Source of the DNA: Antedon mediterranea
Lineage: Eukaryota > Animalia > Echinodermata
DNA: 64,000 nt
Assembly: GCF_964355755.1 (NCBI RefSeq)
Contig: NC_092672.1
Location: 9,610,001 to 9,674,000, forward strand
Direction of reading: 5' to 3'
The position numbers were made by a program, and so were the translations under genes. Below, piece after piece: positions 1 to 12,590 of this stretch. The number at the start of each line of letters is the position of its first letter. Position 1 is the stretch's first letter. The notes under the pieces are model-generated. The model searched no databases. It saw nothing but the letters and a program-made list of their open reading frames with translations, and was not told the DNA's origin.

Positions 1-210
1 AAGTTTCGTAATGATTTTGTTTTAATTGCATGATGAAGGTAGGTTGGGTAATAAATTAATAATATATATTTATTAAATTCACCGTAGTGTTTGCTTGAAT
101 CTAAACACAATTTATAGGCATATGATAATTCATTTGATAATGAAAATAAATAATTATTAGCCTACATCATTTGAATTAGGCCTATCTATTTATAAAAAAG
201 GAAATAAAAA

Positions 211-304
211 CCGGGTAAAAAAATCCAATAGATGAACTGTATATGTAAATAACATCGCCGGGTAAAAAAGTCCATTAGATGAACTTTATATGTAAATAAC
301 ATCG
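211..304 (+). repeat. Two tandem ~47-bp direct repeats upstream of the MADF gene
   Basis: ccgggtaaaaaa.tcca.tagatgaact.tatatgtaaataacatcg occurs twice. Confidence 0.8.
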
Positions 305-452
305 TGGGCAAATCATAATTCAACGTTCAAAAAAAGATCATCATCATCACATCAGGAATAAAAAAAATAATTCCAAAAAAGCAGGCAAAAAGCAGGGTGG
401 TACGCGTACGCGCGCGTTTCTGCGTCCTTTTTTGAGGACTTCATTTCACAAG

Positions 453-3400
453 ATGCCTTCATCTACAGAAGTCCGTGTGTTTGACGCTATTCAAGCTTAT
501 CTTTGTCTATATGACAAAAATACCAAAGAATACAAAAGTGGAAAACGGGAAAAAAAAAATGCCTGGGAAGCTGTTTCTAAAGAGGTTAACGTCGCAGTAG
601 AAGAGTGCCAACGAATTTATAACACTCGAAGAACAGCATTTTCCAGGTAGAGTGTAAGGCCTAGCTAGCTAGGCCTACCTAGCCTAGTAGGCCTACTACT
701 AGTACTAAGCTAGGCCCTTATTATTATTATTATTATTATAATCATAATTATAGTTATTATAATAATAATCGTTATTATTATTATTGTAATAATAATTATA
801 ATTATTATTACTTTTGTAGACATCTAAAGAAGGTTAGGGCTAGTATCCGTAGTGGTGCAGGCAGGGATGACATCCTCCCAATTGGCCATGAGTGGGAACA
901 CATGAGATGGTTGATTAAACATATAAATCATAGGAAGACACTAGAGTCTGAAGAAATGTCAATTTCATTAACCGAGTCAGAAGCTTCATCTGAATGCATA
1001 CGGCTTCTTTCCGAAACTCAACAAGTGTTGGAGCTGGACTTTGACGACTCAGGTAAATAATTGTATTTATCAACCAGCACACACTAAATTTTTTATCACA
1101 CTATTTGAAAGGAGGATAAACTAATAAAAGTAATTTTACATCTCAATATCTCATTAACAACATTTAATAACATCTTCAAGTAGCAATCAAATATAAATAT
1201 TTATTAACGTTCTGCAACATCAGCAATATATTTAAATAATTTTTGCTCATGTAAAATCTATTTAGCAAAGATAGGAAAGAAATAACTATTTTATTTGGAA
1301 TGTTTGGAAATGTAAACCATAGTACTAGGACAAAAAAACAAAAAATAATTATGAATGCAAGTTATAGCAAGCATAAACTACAACATTGTTATTTTTTTCT
1401 TCAATAAACAAGATTCGTCAATATTCAAAATTACACAGACGACCATATTTGAATATAGATTAAAAAAAAGGTCATATAGATTATTTACAAAACAGGAAGA
1501 TTATTTTTAACAAATACTTATTTTAAACAATTTACTAACAACACTTTTAAGATGCCAAAGGACCGCAATTGTGTACCACATCATACTGCCAAGGAACAGC
1601 ACCTTCCTGGCTGTTAAAGTAGTCTCGAAACCTATCTCTTGTTTCTTTGGCAGTAGCCGTATAATTGTTTGACCCCACCCTTCTTATATTTTGAAGGCCA
1701 GTTTCATCATCTTGCACAACACTGCGCCATTCCCCTTCTTTAAATTCTCCATTGCTCCAGCTGTCAACAAACCCGCTGGGTATGTAGTGTGCATTATCAG
1801 TTTGCATTAGGTAATTGTGTAGGCAGATTACAGCTTTTGTAATCTGGTCAACAGTTTCAATATTTGCTCTTATAGGACGCCTAAATATGCGCCACCTTGC
1901 AGCCATTACACCAAAGGTGTTTTCGATGGTTCGGCGTCCTCTCGATGTCCTATAATTTGCCACTTCCTCTTCATCAGTCAAATTGTTGCCACCATATGGT
2001 TTTATTAACCAAGTTTTAAGAGGAAATATATCATCCCCTAATAAAACATAAGGCAATTGTTGACCACCCACAACCGATGGTGGTGGCAGCTTTAGCGTTC
2101 CAAAATCAGCTCTTTTGAAAAATGATGACGCACCAAAAATAGCGGCATCATTATCCCGCCCATATGAGCCAATGCTTGTCCATACAAATGAGTAACTGGC
2201 ATCACAAATTGCCATTAATACTGTACTATGAAAGCCTTTATAGTTATAGTACATCGAGCCGCCAAATTTGGGACACTCGATAGCAATGTGCTTACCGTCT
2301 ACTGCACCAATCGCATGAGGGACATTCCAATCACTTTCAAATTTTTCTGCAATTGCCATCCATTCACTCTCACTTGATGGTAGCCTTAGGTATTTCTTAT
2401 TTAAAGCTGTCCAAATTGAATCACAAACTTCCCGGATTATGTTAGAAACTGTTGCACGACCAACCCGAAAGTTAAATGTTTGTGATGCCATCGAGTCACC
2501 CGTTGCCAGATAACGCAAAGTTATCACAAGCCTTTCTTCTGCTGAAATTGCAGTACGACCTCTGTCTTGTCTTATCTTTAGATAGGGCTCAACCGCAGAC
2601 AGAAGATGACTAAATCTTTCCGGCGTCATCCTTAAATACCTGAAGACAATAAACAAAATTATAAATAACAAAAAATGACATTTTACATTCACATTACTAC
2701 AAAATAGTTTGTACCAACACTACATACTTTTAAGGCTTAAAAATAAAAAAGAAACATTATTTATTGTAATTTTAGGAGAAGGTACTGAGTTGCAAAATGA
2801 AACAGAAGAAGCCGACTTATTGGATAATGTCTCGGACGACTTGGAAGGGGCTTTTGCAGGATATGAAGGAAGTCTGGAAGAAGAAGGTTCAGCAGATGCT
2901 GCCCAAATAAAAGCTGATGTTACAAGAGGTAAATATTCAATCATGATAGTTAACAATATAATACAAAGTGTTATTATGCTAGAATGGGTGGGCAGGTGCA
3001 CCACTATTCCTAGGCCATCACCTATTCAAGAAATTCATGTATATCTGAAACTACACTTTAATTTGTTTTTCTTTTTAGTAGTCAAGAGGACAGTCGAAAG
3101 ACCGAACCGTAAGTATTTAAATCATTACTATATATCAATATTGGTAATTTACTATTGTACTAAAAAGTTGTGTGTTGATAATGATAAGCAGTACTATGGC
3201 GTTTCCAGACATAATGTCATGCCAAGCTGCAAAATTACCGAAGCTTTTTTGTTTTAATTTTCAGCAGTGGTTAAAAAAGCTTGGTCAAAGACGCCAAAAG
3301 GAAAATGTTCCAAAACAGAAAAGCATGTAGGTATTCTCACATAGCATATTAAAATAATCATGAATTTGCAAAAGCATACCTATTTTTTGTTGTTGAATAA

Positions 3401-3662
3401 ACAGTGCTAGAAGAGTGTGGAAAATTTGAAATTTGTTTTTAGATAGAAATGTCAAAATCTTTCATTAATTTCAATTGTTCAGGTTGAGAGTGGGGTAACA
3501 GACAGTGACCTTATAGATCTGATTAAGGGAAGCGGAGAAGAAGACGAAGCCGATACATTCGGCACGATGGTAGCAAAGAAAATGCGAAGAGTAAACGAGG
3601 AAGACAAGGAAGATATGGAACTACAAATTATGCAATTGTTCCGTGACTATTTTAAGAAGTAA
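453..3662 (+). CDS. Harbinger accessory DNA-binding protein with N-terminal MADF (Myb/SANT-like) domain and C-terminal BESS-like motif, ~283 aa, 6 exons
   Basis: Exons 453-646, 820-1052, 2776-2928, 3079-3108, 3265-3326, 3483-3662. All introns are GT-AG and phase-compatible (852 nt total). MADF: CLYDKNTKEYK..KKNAWEAVSKE..RSGAG..WEHMRWL. BESS-like: DEADTFGTMVAKKMRRVNEEDKEDMELQIMQLF. AATAAA at 3733. Confidence 0.82.
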
Positions 3663-4545
3663 TAACAGAATTGATTTGCCAAATGTCAAAGTTAATTCAT
3701 GATTTGTGATTATGTATTCAATCTTCTATGGCAATAAATGCACTTTGTTTGGGATATTTTATTTAGACTACAATTGTTCATTGTGTACTGTATGCACTAT
3801 TTAATCAATTTAGATTTTAATTTTTCAACAAAAAAACAACAGTAGGAGTAATACATACTTCCTATCCGTTTAGTACTTCTCTAGGCTACCACTGTAGATG
3901 GGTGTACAGTAGTAGTAGTGTAGACCATGTGTGGACTGGATTCTAGTTGTAGTAACCTACCTACTTTACTAGCCTAGAATAAAGATCTGTCTAGGAGTGT
4001 CTTGATCATAGCATATAGGCCTGAATACTGTAAGCCTATATAGGCCTATCCTAACCTAGCTAGGCCTATTTTACTCACCATCGTCTTTATATAGACGCCA
4101 GCTCGGCGGCTGAAATGAACTGTGACCTTCATCTTTAGCCAGGTCCATGTATGATGTACTCTACTAACTAGGCCTAGCTAAATATAATAACTAGGCCTAG
4201 CCTAGACCAATCCATGGCCTTAAAAAATCCATATATCCTAGGCCTAGACCTAGGTAAACATTATAATTATAAATGCAAATTACAATTAAACATCTAGACT
4301 AGGCCTAGGCCTAAAAAGATAGTATAGGCCTACCTAAAAAACCATTCTCTGTCGTTTTTTATCAGTGTCTTAAATAATGTATGGTACTGCCCGAACTCTA
4401 TTCTTTCTTTTAGCACTTTCCTCTCCCAGAACTTGTGGATTCTTGGTGCTTTGTTCAACTCCTTTCTCCTCTTAATCCTTCTCGTTAATATTCTTAAATA
4501 AAGTATCTTTTTGGCCAACTCACGTCCTCTCCTACGAATAACCAT
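1547..4545 (-). CDS. Harbinger/HARBI1-family DDE transposase, ~434 aa, 2 exons
   Basis: Exon 1 4545-4334 (FWERKVLKERIEFGQYHTL..DREWFF) joins in phase 2 to exon 2 2639-1547 (RYLRMTPERF). Contains the HTH region (LVITLRYLATG..FRVGRATVSNII) and catalytic motifs GAVDGKH, DNDAAIF, LLGDDIFPL, RRTIENTFG. No stops. Confidence 0.93.
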
Positions 4546-5978
4546 ATTGAAATCTCACTGCTCACTGTTTATGTTTTGGAAAATGGCCTCCTCTCTTTTC
4601 GCGAGGAATGTATGAGCCAGTGTTGTCGCAAGGAAAAAATTCAACTCGACGTAAGCGCAAGAAGGACAGACTTGCGATAAATTCAACTTTCGTAACGACG
4701 GAATCAGCACATGTAATAATCTAAATGTTTGCGGTCCAACGCGATTATGACAATTTTGTGTCGACGTTAGTTTTTGGTCTACTGATCGGAACGCAAGCGT
4801 AATCGTAAGAAAACGACGCAATCGTAAGCGGAAGCAAGTCTTACGTCGACTGGAAACCAGGCTTTAGTGAGCTATCTGCTCGCGTTCGGCGCACACTTTA
4901 GGAAAATGGCACGCGTGCCAAAAAATATTAAACACGATAGATATTTTCCTCAGAGCGGCACGCGTGGCCGATTCCTCACGAATTCCCCGGCGCACACTGT
5001 GAGTCAAGTGTTACTCGTGCCAGTTGGCTCAGCCGAAAGCTCTAGTGTGCGCCGGGCTTAAGACAATTCAGGGTATTTTCAACTATTGTAAAGGGACAGT
5101 TAGTTTTTAAGATTCAGATTCAAACTTTAATTTGATTGAATCAAAGTGTTATCCTTGACGTTGTTTATGCTACAAACATAAAATAAATCTTGATCAAAGT
5201 ATACTGCCAATTTACATATTAAAAAATAAATAAATTATGTTATTTTTTTTGACAAGATCCAATGATAAAGTTAAAACATGTCATAAAAAGGCAATTATTC
5301 TATAAGTTGTATTTAGAAATATATAGATAAGTAAATAGAACACATCTGTACTAATTATATATTGACTCAACGAATGTGTTTAGTATTGCATTTAATGTAA
5401 GGAACAACTATAATATAATATTAATAAATCATTTTATTGTCTTGTCTATATTTAGTGAGTATGATTATTAAATCAGTTACACTGTAATGTATATTTTGTC
5501 GGGAACAATGTTCGAGGTACGACAGTATATTACAGTATGTTCAGTGCATTCAATACACCACGCTACAAATAATGTCGCATATCTGTTTCGCAGTATAGTT
5601 GCGGGTAAAATGCGATATTTTGAAATAAGTCTCGTCATAAACAGTGTACAGATAGTGTTAACATTATCGAAGGCGTAATGATAGGCGAAAATTAGTATAT
5701 TGAAAATTCCCTCCAAAGGTATTCATAGTATAAATAGGAATGCATTTTCTTCAACATACTGTATCTATTATGAATATGAATGACGTTTCGTGTGTGTTTT
5801 GTATAAGAATTGTGATGAGCAAAACAAATCATATTTAAACACCACCAGCTATAAATTTATTTTTAAAAGCCTAGGTCTAAAATCCCGTCTAAAATCAATA
5901 ATGATTGTTTTGATATGGTTTATAAACAACGTTCGGTTTAAAAAAAAAAGTAGTTCTGAGTAGCTAGAACTATAAAGG

Positions 5979-8900
5979 CTAGTCACTGCAGTCACTTTCA
6001 ACTTCATCTAGTTCTTTAAGAAACTGGTCAATGTTGATGTTTTTCGTTGTTGTATCGGTTTGTGGCTGCTTTTTACTTTTCATGGACGTTCCAAATTCCT
6101 TCAACCATTGGGCGTGTTTCTTGATGAGACCTTTTGGTTTTCCACTGAACTTGCTAATTCGAGATATTTCTATGTCTGACTTATCGTCCATCATCATTAT
6201 AGATCGGATCCGAATGGTAACAAATATAATAAGCAACGCAATGAATACTACTACAATGGTAATGATTACGTCTACAACCTGGATTTCTCGTTTCTCTTTC
6301 TTCATCTCATTGATTATCCAATCAGTTGTATTTGTAGAATTAAAATATTCATAACTCGCTGTGGTTTGATGATCTTTCGACAAAGGACCTGTAGAAGAAA
6401 TCGGTTTAAAACAATATTATTTGGTGGTAGGCCTACAGTAAAGCTTTGTCTACACTATCAAACTTTATGTGTCAACAAAATGTGATGTGCCCATTATGGA
6501 CATGATGATGTCATATCACTACCATATTTAAGCATAGCACTACCATATATAGGCACATCAGACTTTTTTGACACATAAAGTTTGATAGTGTAGACAAGGC
6601 TTAAGAATAATCATGATAAAATGAAACAAAATATTCTATTTCTCATTTAAGTTAACGATAAAGTATTCTTTTTCCGCTCCTATAATTTAACTGTTCTTAA
6701 ATGTATTTTATTTTAGAAAAATATCCAACTAAAGTGCATGCTCTAAAGCTCTGTCTACAATACCAAACTTTGTGTCAAACTTTATGTGATGTGCTCATTA
6801 TGGACATGATGATGTCATATAATTACCATATTGGTGATATCACTACCATATTTGAGTATATCACATTTTTTTGTCAAACTAGTTTGATAGTTTAGAATTT
6901 AATACAGACGCTTTGATCGTTTTTCAGCTCATACCGAAGCTATACTGAGATTGGGTGCAGGTGAAGCGTCACATATGCAAAAAACGATAGTCGATGTAAA
7001 AAATGTTGATGACGTATTAGAAAGATACAAACTTACAATACGACTGCACGCACTCGTCAACTTTCGTTGCATTGCCTTTGCACAGGTTTGATTTAACTTC
7101 AAGCGACTCAATGTAAAGTTTACATTCTCTGGTTGCAACTTTGATACCTTTACCACAAGTCACCGAGCATGCCTGCCAGCTTGCCCATTCAGACCATTTA
7201 TAAGGAGTTTTCGTCGTAAATATTGGCTCTAAGAAGAAATAAGAAGCGCCAATTATCAAGAAATAATATGATCTGTCACTAATCTGCCATAGGGAGCTTT
7301 CGATTTGTTGATTGTTGTCTAAACAAGAACTCTGTCGAGAGGATTCAAGTGAGGAAGCACGTCCCACTGTTTACACATGTTCACAACTAGTTCCTAAGTC
7401 TCATCAAGGCAATCTATGATCTCACAAAGGTCGTCGCAAAAACTACCTATTGTACGCTTTTGTAATCATCATCTCTCCAGCTGCAGCTGCGTGGATTAAT
7501 TGGTTCTTTTCAAAGATACTGAATAACCTAACCGAGTTAGAAATGTAAGCATGATGTCTTCATTAACGTCTTGTTCTTCTGAATTATGCCTAGTATCACA
7601 AAGATTATTTTCTATACTTTTAAATATAAATTCTACATTATAGGAAAGTGCTATAATTTAGGTAAAATGTCGAGGTTTTATTTCGACGATTGACGGAAGG
7701 AGACGTGAATTTAGTTTTAAGTGGATTCATTGTTGGTCCTTCGTCTACAAAAAGACTTGATATTATTAACTATGAAATGTTACCCGTTTCTGCAGTTGTC
7801 AGCACGTCACTATGTGTCGATAAACGATCGTCTGAACCTCTCATATTATAATCCAGTTGAGTTTTCATTGTATCTATGTTTGCCAGTGTCCGTGATGACA
7901 CATCTGATAAGTCGGAACTCTGTGTAGTTGATGTTTTCGAGGCTGTTATTTTGTAAGGCAAGCTGTCGTTTTCTTCAGCATTTCGGTTATCTGACTGAAA
8001 TTGCACTTCATTCGTGGTCACTGCTGTAAATTCTTTTATTGTCAGTTTTGTTTTTGTATGATCACCAACTTCTTTTGATCGACCATGTTTAGTAACATTT
8101 AAAACATTTGTTAAGGTGTCAATTAGATTCCTAACTTTTTCTCCTGATGCGGCCATGCTAAAGTTTTTAGCCAAAAATAAATCAAGATCTAAATTGGTAA
8201 CATGTTTATTTTTTGTTATAGAAGAATTAATAATATTGAGAAAACTATTTAGTATCTCTGTGTTAGTCTGCATTGTATTTACTGTGTAATTCTCCAAAAG
8301 GTTCGTTTCAAATTGTTGAATAAGTGCCTGTCCATTTAGATTGACTGTTGACATTACAACTTGACGATTTTCTCCCGGTGTTCTCAGTCTCTCCAGCGTG
8401 TCTGGTTTAGTTGCTTCCCAAGTTGATGTTTGATATTGTTTTAAAGAAAGTTCATCAAGATTTTTTCCTGGTGTTCTCAGTATCTCCATCGTGTCTGGTT
8501 TAGTTGCTTCCGTAGTAGATATTGAGATAGATGTTTGATAGTCTTTTAAAGAAGATTCATCAAGATTTTTTCCTGGTGTTCTCAGTCTCTCCAGCGTGTC
8601 TGGTTTAGTTTCTTTCGTAGTTGATATTGACGTAGATGTTTGATGTTCTTTTAAAGAAAGTTCATCAAGATTTTCTCCTGGTGTTCTCAGTCTCTCCAGT
8701 GTGTCAGGTTTAGTTGCTTTCGTAGTAGATATTGGCGTAGATGTTTGATGTTCTTTTAAAGAAAGTTCATCAAGATTTTCTCCTAGTGTTTTCAGTCTTT
8801 CAAGCGTGTCATGTTTAGTTGCTTCTGTAGTTGATATTGACGTAGATGTTTGATAGTCTTTTAAAGAAAGTTCATTAAGATTTTCTCCTGGTGTTCTCAG

Positions 8901-11709
8901 TATTTCAGGCGTGTCAGGTTTAGTTGCTTTCGTAGTTGATATTGACGTAGATGTTTGATAGTCTTTTAAAAAAAGTTCATAAAGATTTTCATAATCCGCT
9001 AGATCAATTGCATCGTTATTAACATTAGTCGTCATGTTATAAATAAGCGACATAATATCATCTGTTGATATGGAAATGTTAAAGTTTTTAGCCAAAAATA
9101 TATCAAGACCTAATTTCGTGGATTCTTTATGTTCTAAATTTGAAGAATTAATAAAGTTGTGTAATGTGTTACCATCCACTGTGTTATTCTTTAAACGGTC
9201 CTTTTTATATTGGTACGTAGTTAGCTCTGCCTTTGATATTACACCATGATAATCTTCTTCTGGCATAGTTCGTTCTTTCAGAGTGTTGTATTTTGCTGCA
9301 TTCGTAGGCGCAGTAAATGTTGACTTGGCTCGATAGTCTTGTGAATGATTGATGTCGAGTAAGCTCTCATTAGTTATCACCCGGTGTGCTTGCACAATAT
9401 TCACCGTGTTGTTCTTCAAGATTTCTTTCTCAGATTGTTCCGTAGTTGTTCGAATGAATGGATTGTTATTTAATATGTCAACTTGTGCATTTTCTGATGA
9501 TTTTATCTGTCCCTTTGCGTCTGCTGATTTTTTTGCTTCTGGTTTAAATTGTGCCTTAGCTTTTGTTTGGTAGTCATTTAAATTAAAAACTTCTGCGATA
9601 TTTCCAAGATTCTTTACATCGTGAGTAACATTTAAAACAGTCGTCATATTGCCAATTAGCCACATGATATCCTCTTTCGATACAGATATGTTAAAGATGT
9701 TAGCCAAAAATATGTCTAGATCTAATTTCACAAAATCTTCATTTGTGAAGTTTGAAGAGGGAAATATGTCGAGTAAATTCTTACCATTAGGTATCTTTGG
9801 ATTAGGCTGCAAAATATCCACTGTCTCATTTTCCAAAAATGGATGTTCCGTAGTTGTTTGTATGTTTGGATTTTCCTTTTCTGTATTTTCTTCTAATTTT
9901 GTCAGTTCTTGTGTATATTTTGTTACAACAGGAGTAAATGTTGTCTTAACTTGTATTTGATAATCTGGTAAATGAGAACCTTCTTTGGCAGTATTATTAT
10001 TTGTAAGATTCATTACATCGTTATTAAAATTTAGAACAGTCTTCATGTTATTAATTAGCCATCTAACACCCTTATCTGATGCGGATATGTTAAAGTTTTT
10101 TGCAAGAAATATTTCCAAATCTAATTTCACAAAATCTTCATTTTGGATGTTTGAAGAATACAACAAGTCAAGTAAACTTTTATCAAGAAATGTCTTTGAG
10201 TGACTTTGCAAGGCATTCACTGAGTTATTTTCCAAAATGTGCTTGTTAGTATATCCTTCCCTAGTTGTCTGTATGTTTAGATTGTCTTTTAAGGTTTCAA
10301 CTTGTGTATTTTCTGTTTCCTGTGCTGATTTTGTTACAGCAGGAGTAAATATTGACTTAACTTGTTTTTTATAGTCTTGTGATTGTGAAACTTCTTTGAA
10401 AGTAGGCTTACTATTATTTGTAAGATTCATTGCATTTTCTAAGTCTTTGATATTTGAAAACACTTCAAACGTGTCAAAACTATCGTCAATGGGTTTAATC
10501 AGCCATTTCAGTCGATCGATTTCTCCTTTCGAGAACTCAACATTGCTTTGATAAAGAAATCTCAGAATATTTGTTAGCGATTCAATGTTTTGTAAATTTG
10601 TTGTTTCAGCTTCATCGTTTCTTGAAAAGTTATCCTTGTTCTTTAAAGATACTATTGTATGAACGATTTCGGCAATCAATTCAAAGTTATTTGTACGAAA
10701 TTTTCCTTCGCTTACTGTAATTTTTTGTAACAATTCATTCAATAGATTTAGTTCTGCGTCTGTAATGTGCATGTAGTTCTTCGTAATTAAAGAATCTAAT
10801 ACTTCCGTTATAAGATTCACCGATGTACTACTAGTATTATTTGTTGATGGTGTATATGTAGGAGGCCTATACACTTCATCTGTTTCACTTCGGTCTGCGT
10901 AATAACCATCAGTTGTTCGCATATTATTGGCTGCTGTTGACATATAGACGGGCACTGTTTCTGCTGTTAGGCGAAATGATGACGGTAGTGGCGTTACACT
11001 TGTTTTAAAACGTGTACTTTTTTCAACATTGCTTAGATTTGCAACCAACAAGAGACTTTCTTCCATCATCTCTTTAACTTTGTAGTCATGATCAGCAACT
11101 GCAATGTTGTCAAGAACGTCATTAAAACTTTCTAATTCATTATATTCGTCTATGCTACTCAATTGTTCTTTTATTTTTTCCATTAAATCTAGTGTTTGCA
11201 GAGAAGATTTTCGGTTTATTTTATCTTTTCCATTTAGGCCTAGGCCATGGCCATACTCCAAGCTTCCTATTAAGATAAAATAATTGATAAACTAATTGAT
11301 GAATTGAACGACTTAAAGCATAATTTTTACCATTCACAATGAATGTTATAAAGATGTGATGAGGCCAAGTTACTAATAATTACCGTACTGTAGGGCATAT
11401 ACACTGCATACCACTTTAGACCATGGAGATGACTTAGACTAAGCATACGGGCTAGATTCCTTTCTATTAGGAAGAAAAAGTCTACCTAGCCTAGGCCTTT
11501 GGCACTAGACCCTGGGTATACCTGAGGTAGGCCATAGCCTAGGCTAGCCTAGACTTACTAGGCCTAGCCTAGGCCTAAGTCTAGCCTAGGCCTAGGTCTA
11601 GCATATGCCTAGCCTAGCCTAATAAGACTAATAACATAAACAAAATAACAAACTTACCACCAACATAAGCAGAGAAAAAGACATACAATATTAAACGGTA
11701 AACGTTCAT
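5979..11709 (-). CDS. Uncharacterised type I membrane glycoprotein, ~1378 aa: signal peptide, Thr/Asn-rich repetitive ectodomain, juxtamembrane TSP1, TM, cytoplasmic tail
   Basis: Exons 11709-11658 (MNVYRLILYVFFSAYVG, signal-like), 11266-7784 (3.5 kb), 7228-7037 (TSP1: WSEWASWQACSVTCGKG..TREC) and 6388-5979 (TM: VIITIVVVFIALLIIFVTI). All introns are phase-1 GT-AG; 4137 nt in frame. Confidence 0.8.
6442..6601. mobile_element. Tourist-like (PIF/Harbinger) MITE
   Basis: TIR AGCTTTGTCTACACTATCAAAC and its reverse complement, TSD TAA on both sides. Related copies at 6747-6912 and 28904-29054. Confidence 0.85.
6747..6912. mobile_element. Degenerate copy of the same MITE family
   Basis: Starts agctctgtctac and shares the internal tggacatgatgatgtcatat..cactaccatattt. 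Confidence 0.7.
8375..8990 (-). repeat. Coding minisatellite, 6 copies of 105 bp / 35 aa (last copy shortened)
   Basis: Repeat ENLDELSLKDYQTSTSISTTKATKPDTLERLRTPG within the large exon. Confidence 0.92.
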
Positions 11710-12590
11710 ATTTGCACGTGGACGGAGATGCCTAGCCTCAGAGGCCAACTAATAATAATTTTACTTATTTTAAGCGATTTCTTTTTAATAAACTTGTGTG
11801 ATTACCTATTTTTTGTTTAAATAGCTTTTAAAACTTTGATTCCTTAAATTCTAAATTACGCGCAAAATTCTAAGCGCGCAATTTCGTAGTGAAGTTAGAC
11901 GCACTTATCCCTGACAGCATGATACACATGTGATTTCTATAATTTATTCTTCTAACAACGACCCATTAAACTTTCTTATTTATTATATTCTGGTAATTTT
12001 TCAATTCAACTTTTATTTCAGACAATTGTCCATATGGTACAATACATTACACACACAACAAGAAGATGAAGGAGAGAGGACCAAAATATCATTTACGCCT
12101 CATGTTAACTGATAATAATGTTGATCCTTTGTGTTGCATTAAGTTTTACAAATAAAGACAAATAGAAAGTGCTTATATTTTCATTAAGGGTCGTGAAAGG
12201 GCAATTTATAGATGAGCGGTAGCGTGCTTTCTCACGTATAATCTGTATCTAACCTGAGCTGGTTTCCGCGCAACCACCGTCCGCTCAGCAGCGGAAATAA
12301 CGAATCTATTTTGTTATTCTGCTTACAGCTTACCATTACCGTTAGTCTGTGTAAAGTGGCATTCGGATGACATTATTATTATTCTTTTTCTTGGACTATG
12401 TACCCGAACACATTAAGGAAACAAAAACGGAAATATTAAATACAATCACGGATGTATTCCTGTATACACTGAAAGGAAAGTCTCATTTTACATTATGTTT
12501 CGATAGGAGGAACAGTTAATTGTAAAGAATAGTTACACTTCTTCCTTGTTGGTCGATCTACAGTTCTCTTGTGAATTTCATGGGTGGAAA

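Larger units (their letters stand above)
1..4863. mobile_element. PIF/Harbinger DNA transposon, probably autonomous; left end lies outside the window
   Basis: Encodes a DDE transposase and a MADF/Myb-like protein, the two-gene Harbinger signature. The right terminus reads ...TGGAAACCAGGCT (ends 4863), followed by TTA (4864-4866), the typical TWA target site. A matching terminus bounds a MITE at 34579-34846. Confidence 0.85.

Noticed and set aside
2709-3257. ORF-track 182-aa protein, and the listed starts of ORFs 1547-2692, 7770-11261 and 16428-16865
   Set aside because: Read-through of introns or non-ATG starts; only the exonic parts belong to the spliced models.
1547-4545. Domesticated host HARBI1/ALP1-type gene
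   Set aside because: An intact TIR with TTA target, a paired MADF gene and a cognate MITE favour a transposon. This is not fully excluded because the left end is outside the window.
9349-10203. Plus-strand ORFs, also 6031-6354, 21833-22105, 44901-45206 and 46058-46315
   Set aside because: Antisense shadows of real coding sequence with no independent motifs.
11384-11463. Possible extra exon of the membrane-protein gene
   Set aside because: It has AG/GT ends, but its 80-nt length breaks the frame; exon 1 joins 11266 directly in phase.
12465-12490. NF-kB/IRF-like motif (gaaaggaaagtctc) upstream of MASP
   Set aside because: Imperfect match that is expected by chance in AT-rich DNA.
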